DNA of 64,000 nucleotides from Selaginella moellendorffii (Eukaryota; Plantae; Lycopodiophyta): NCBI RefSeq assembly GCF_000143415.4, contig NW_003314308.1, positions 620,001 to 684,000 of the forward strand, read 5' to 3'. Shown piece by piece: positions 61,651 to 64,000 of this stretch (position 1 is its first letter; each line of letters starts with the position of its first letter). The notes under the pieces were generated by a model. It saw only the letters and a program-made list of their open reading frames with translations, ran no database searches and was not told where the DNA came from. The position numbers and the translations under genes were made by a program.

Positions 61651-62159
61651 ACTGATAAATTTACTTATTTATTTTATTTTATCCAAAATAAATAGGGTTC
61701 AAATAATGTCAATGTTTTAAACTTTTAAGAAATTATTTAGTTGACAATTAAAAGCTTTTGAATTGGTTTGAACATTATATTAGAATATTCTATTATAGTT
61801 TAACTTAAGTAAATATGTGTAAGATAATAATATTAATGTTTTACATTTTTAAAAGATATTATGCATGAATGGTATGGTGTGTTTTTCTATCTGGAAGATT
61901 AGTTGTAAAGAGAACAGGGCTTTGCTTCAGGTGAAAATCCTGAAGTCCGCACGACTGGCTACACGGAGAAGTCCCATCATCTGAATTGTCACAGGGGACG
62001 AATATAAAGGACAGCTTATGATATCTCCCTAGCATTATGACATTACAATGGAAGAACCCTTCCTTTTGTGCTTCACGTGGGTTCTCGGGAGGATCGAGTA
62101 CAGCGTCTCGATCGCTGGGGCTCCCCATTCGGATCGGCGGTAAGGCTAGGGTCTCTGAG

Positions 62160-63583
62160 ATGGAGCGTGAAATTCCCGCGGCAGTGGCGGCGGGGGAGCC
62201 AGCGCTAGGGATGCACACACTGCCTATGGCGGCTGCCCTGGCGGCGTCTCCAGCGGCGGAGCTGGCGTGCAATCTCCTCGACAGGCCAAACCGCAAGGAG
62301 GTGAAGCTCTTCTATTGCAGCGAGTACGAGGATTTGGCACGGAGGATCGCCGCCGAGACGGATTCCATCGAGCTCAAATCCATCCGCTGGAAGTAAGTGG
62401 ATTTCTTGCTTTGTTCTTTGAGCGATCGATGGATGGCTGTCTCTTTTTTCTTTCAGCACATTCGAGGATGGCTTTCCAAACTTGTTTGTGCCAAATGCTC
62501 ATGGGATCCGTGGCCAGCACGTTGCATTCCTCGCATCTTTCAGCTCCCCTGCCGTGATCTTTGAGCAGCTCTCGGTGATCTACGCTCTTCCCAGGATGTT
62601 CATCGCCTCCTTCACGGTGGTGGTGCCGTTCTTCCCGACTGGAACGTCGGAGCGCATGGAAGACGAGGGTGACATTGCCACGGCCTTCACTCTCGCTCGG
62701 ATCCTCTCCAACATTCCAATCTCGAGGGGTGGCCCGACAAGTCTCGTCATCTTTGACATCCACGCACTCCAGGTTTGCTTTCTCTTTTCCTTTCGATCTT
62801 TCTCCTAGCCTCGCTCACCCGGACTTGTAAAACAGGAGAGGTTCTACTTCGGTGACAGCGTTCTTCCCTGCTTCGAGAGTGGAATCCCGCTGCTCAAGCA
62901 CCGCCTACACCAGCTTCCGGATTCCACAAATGTGAGACTTAAGTCGAGAGAGCTTGCAACGATGTAAAAAATCTCTTGCAGGTGACTATAGCTTTCCCCG
63001 ACGAGGGAGCTTGGAAGCGCTTCAACAAGCAATTCGAGCACTTCCCCACGGTAAAGTTCGTGAGTTCGTCGAGTGATCTCTAACTGTGTTTCGATGGTGG
63101 ATCACAGATAATCTGTACGAAAGTTAGAGATGGAAACAAAAGGATCGTTCGCTTGAAGGAAGGCGAGGCCGCTGGAAGGCACGTCGTCATTGTGGATGAT
63201 TTGGTGCGCTCTGGAGGCACTCTCAAGGAATGCCAGGTTCGTGCATTGTAAGATTTCTTCATCGTTTCTTAGGCAGTATCTTTCGTCTTTCAGAAAGTAC
63301 TACAAGCGAATGGAGCCACGAAAGTGAGTGCTTACGCCACGCACGGCGTCTTCCCTCAGCAAACCTGGGAGCGATTTCTTCACGCGGCAGGAGGTACGTA
63401 GAGACTCCATTCTTCTCTTCGTTACAGGAAACTTGACACGATAACATTTCAGAGAGCGAGAAAGAATTTTCGCACTTCTGGATCACAGACTCCTGCCCCG
63501 AGACCGTCAAGGAGGTAATTGGCAAACCACCCTTCGAAGTTCTCACACTGGCTGGTTCCATCGCTGCGGCACTCCACATATAA
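62160..63583 (+). CDS. PRS4: Ribose-phosphate pyrophosphokinase, plant class II (PRS3/PRS4 type), 7 exons
   Basis: [68 protein letters not shown] and FWITDSCP; start codon uncertain (62037 also possible). Confidence 0.95.
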
Positions 63584-64000
63584 GTGGTCATTCTTCCATC
63601 TCCAATTTTCTTGCTCTTTCTTTGCTTGAGAGTTCATCCAGTTTTCTCTTCCACCTCCACTCTTCCTTTGCTTAAAAAACGCAGGATTTTTTTTTGCTCT
63701 TGCTCTAGCTTAAGTTCAATGAGGATTTGCTTGAGAAGTAAATGAAAACAGGCTGATTTTTCCGAATCTACTGATTTTTCTTTTTTGTTTTCTTACAAGC
63801 TGTGATGTGAAGTGGTAATATTTAGATCAAATTGAGTATTGAAAGAAATAGATGACGATCTTCAAAAGTTTTAAGACCTCCAAAACACAAGGTGATCAGA
63901 TTGAGTTTTCCAGATGGCTGAAAGAACTAGAAGACGATCCACAAACTAGTAGCGCATTTTTCCCCAGCAAGACGCCCAAGAACACCATAACACACGCCGC

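Overview
Compact, short-intron land-plant nuclear DNA; the 46-73 nt introns, GC-rich exons and many PLS-PPR relics suggest a Selaginella-like lycophyte (inference). From left to right: 5S-rRNA-carrying (Cassandra-like) TRIM retroelements (1-1.2 kb), then decayed PPR and coiled-coil relics. Two decayed copies of one Ty3/Gypsy family lie at 8.3-14.5 kb and 55.9-60.9 kb; the first has a nested solo LTR, and both carry a -1 frameshift heptamer plus pseudoknot. A ~26 kb array of five imperfect 4-5 kb segmental duplicates spans 15-41 kb. After it come PPR genes, two secreted bulb-lectin fusion genes, a divergent organellar uL5 and a class II PRPP synthase. In the array the passenger genes survive in at most one intact copy (MED4, an RLCK pseudokinase, MAGO; EGY1 in none). 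One unannotated two-exon gene of about 290-300 aa is open in all five units. It has an N-myristoylation motif and, by eye, follows the motif order of bacterial alpha-hemolysin/leukocidin beta-pore-forming toxins. It is the best candidate for an undescribed system: a plant cytosolic pore-former next to a pseudokinase. No database searches were run, so fold calls are hypotheses.
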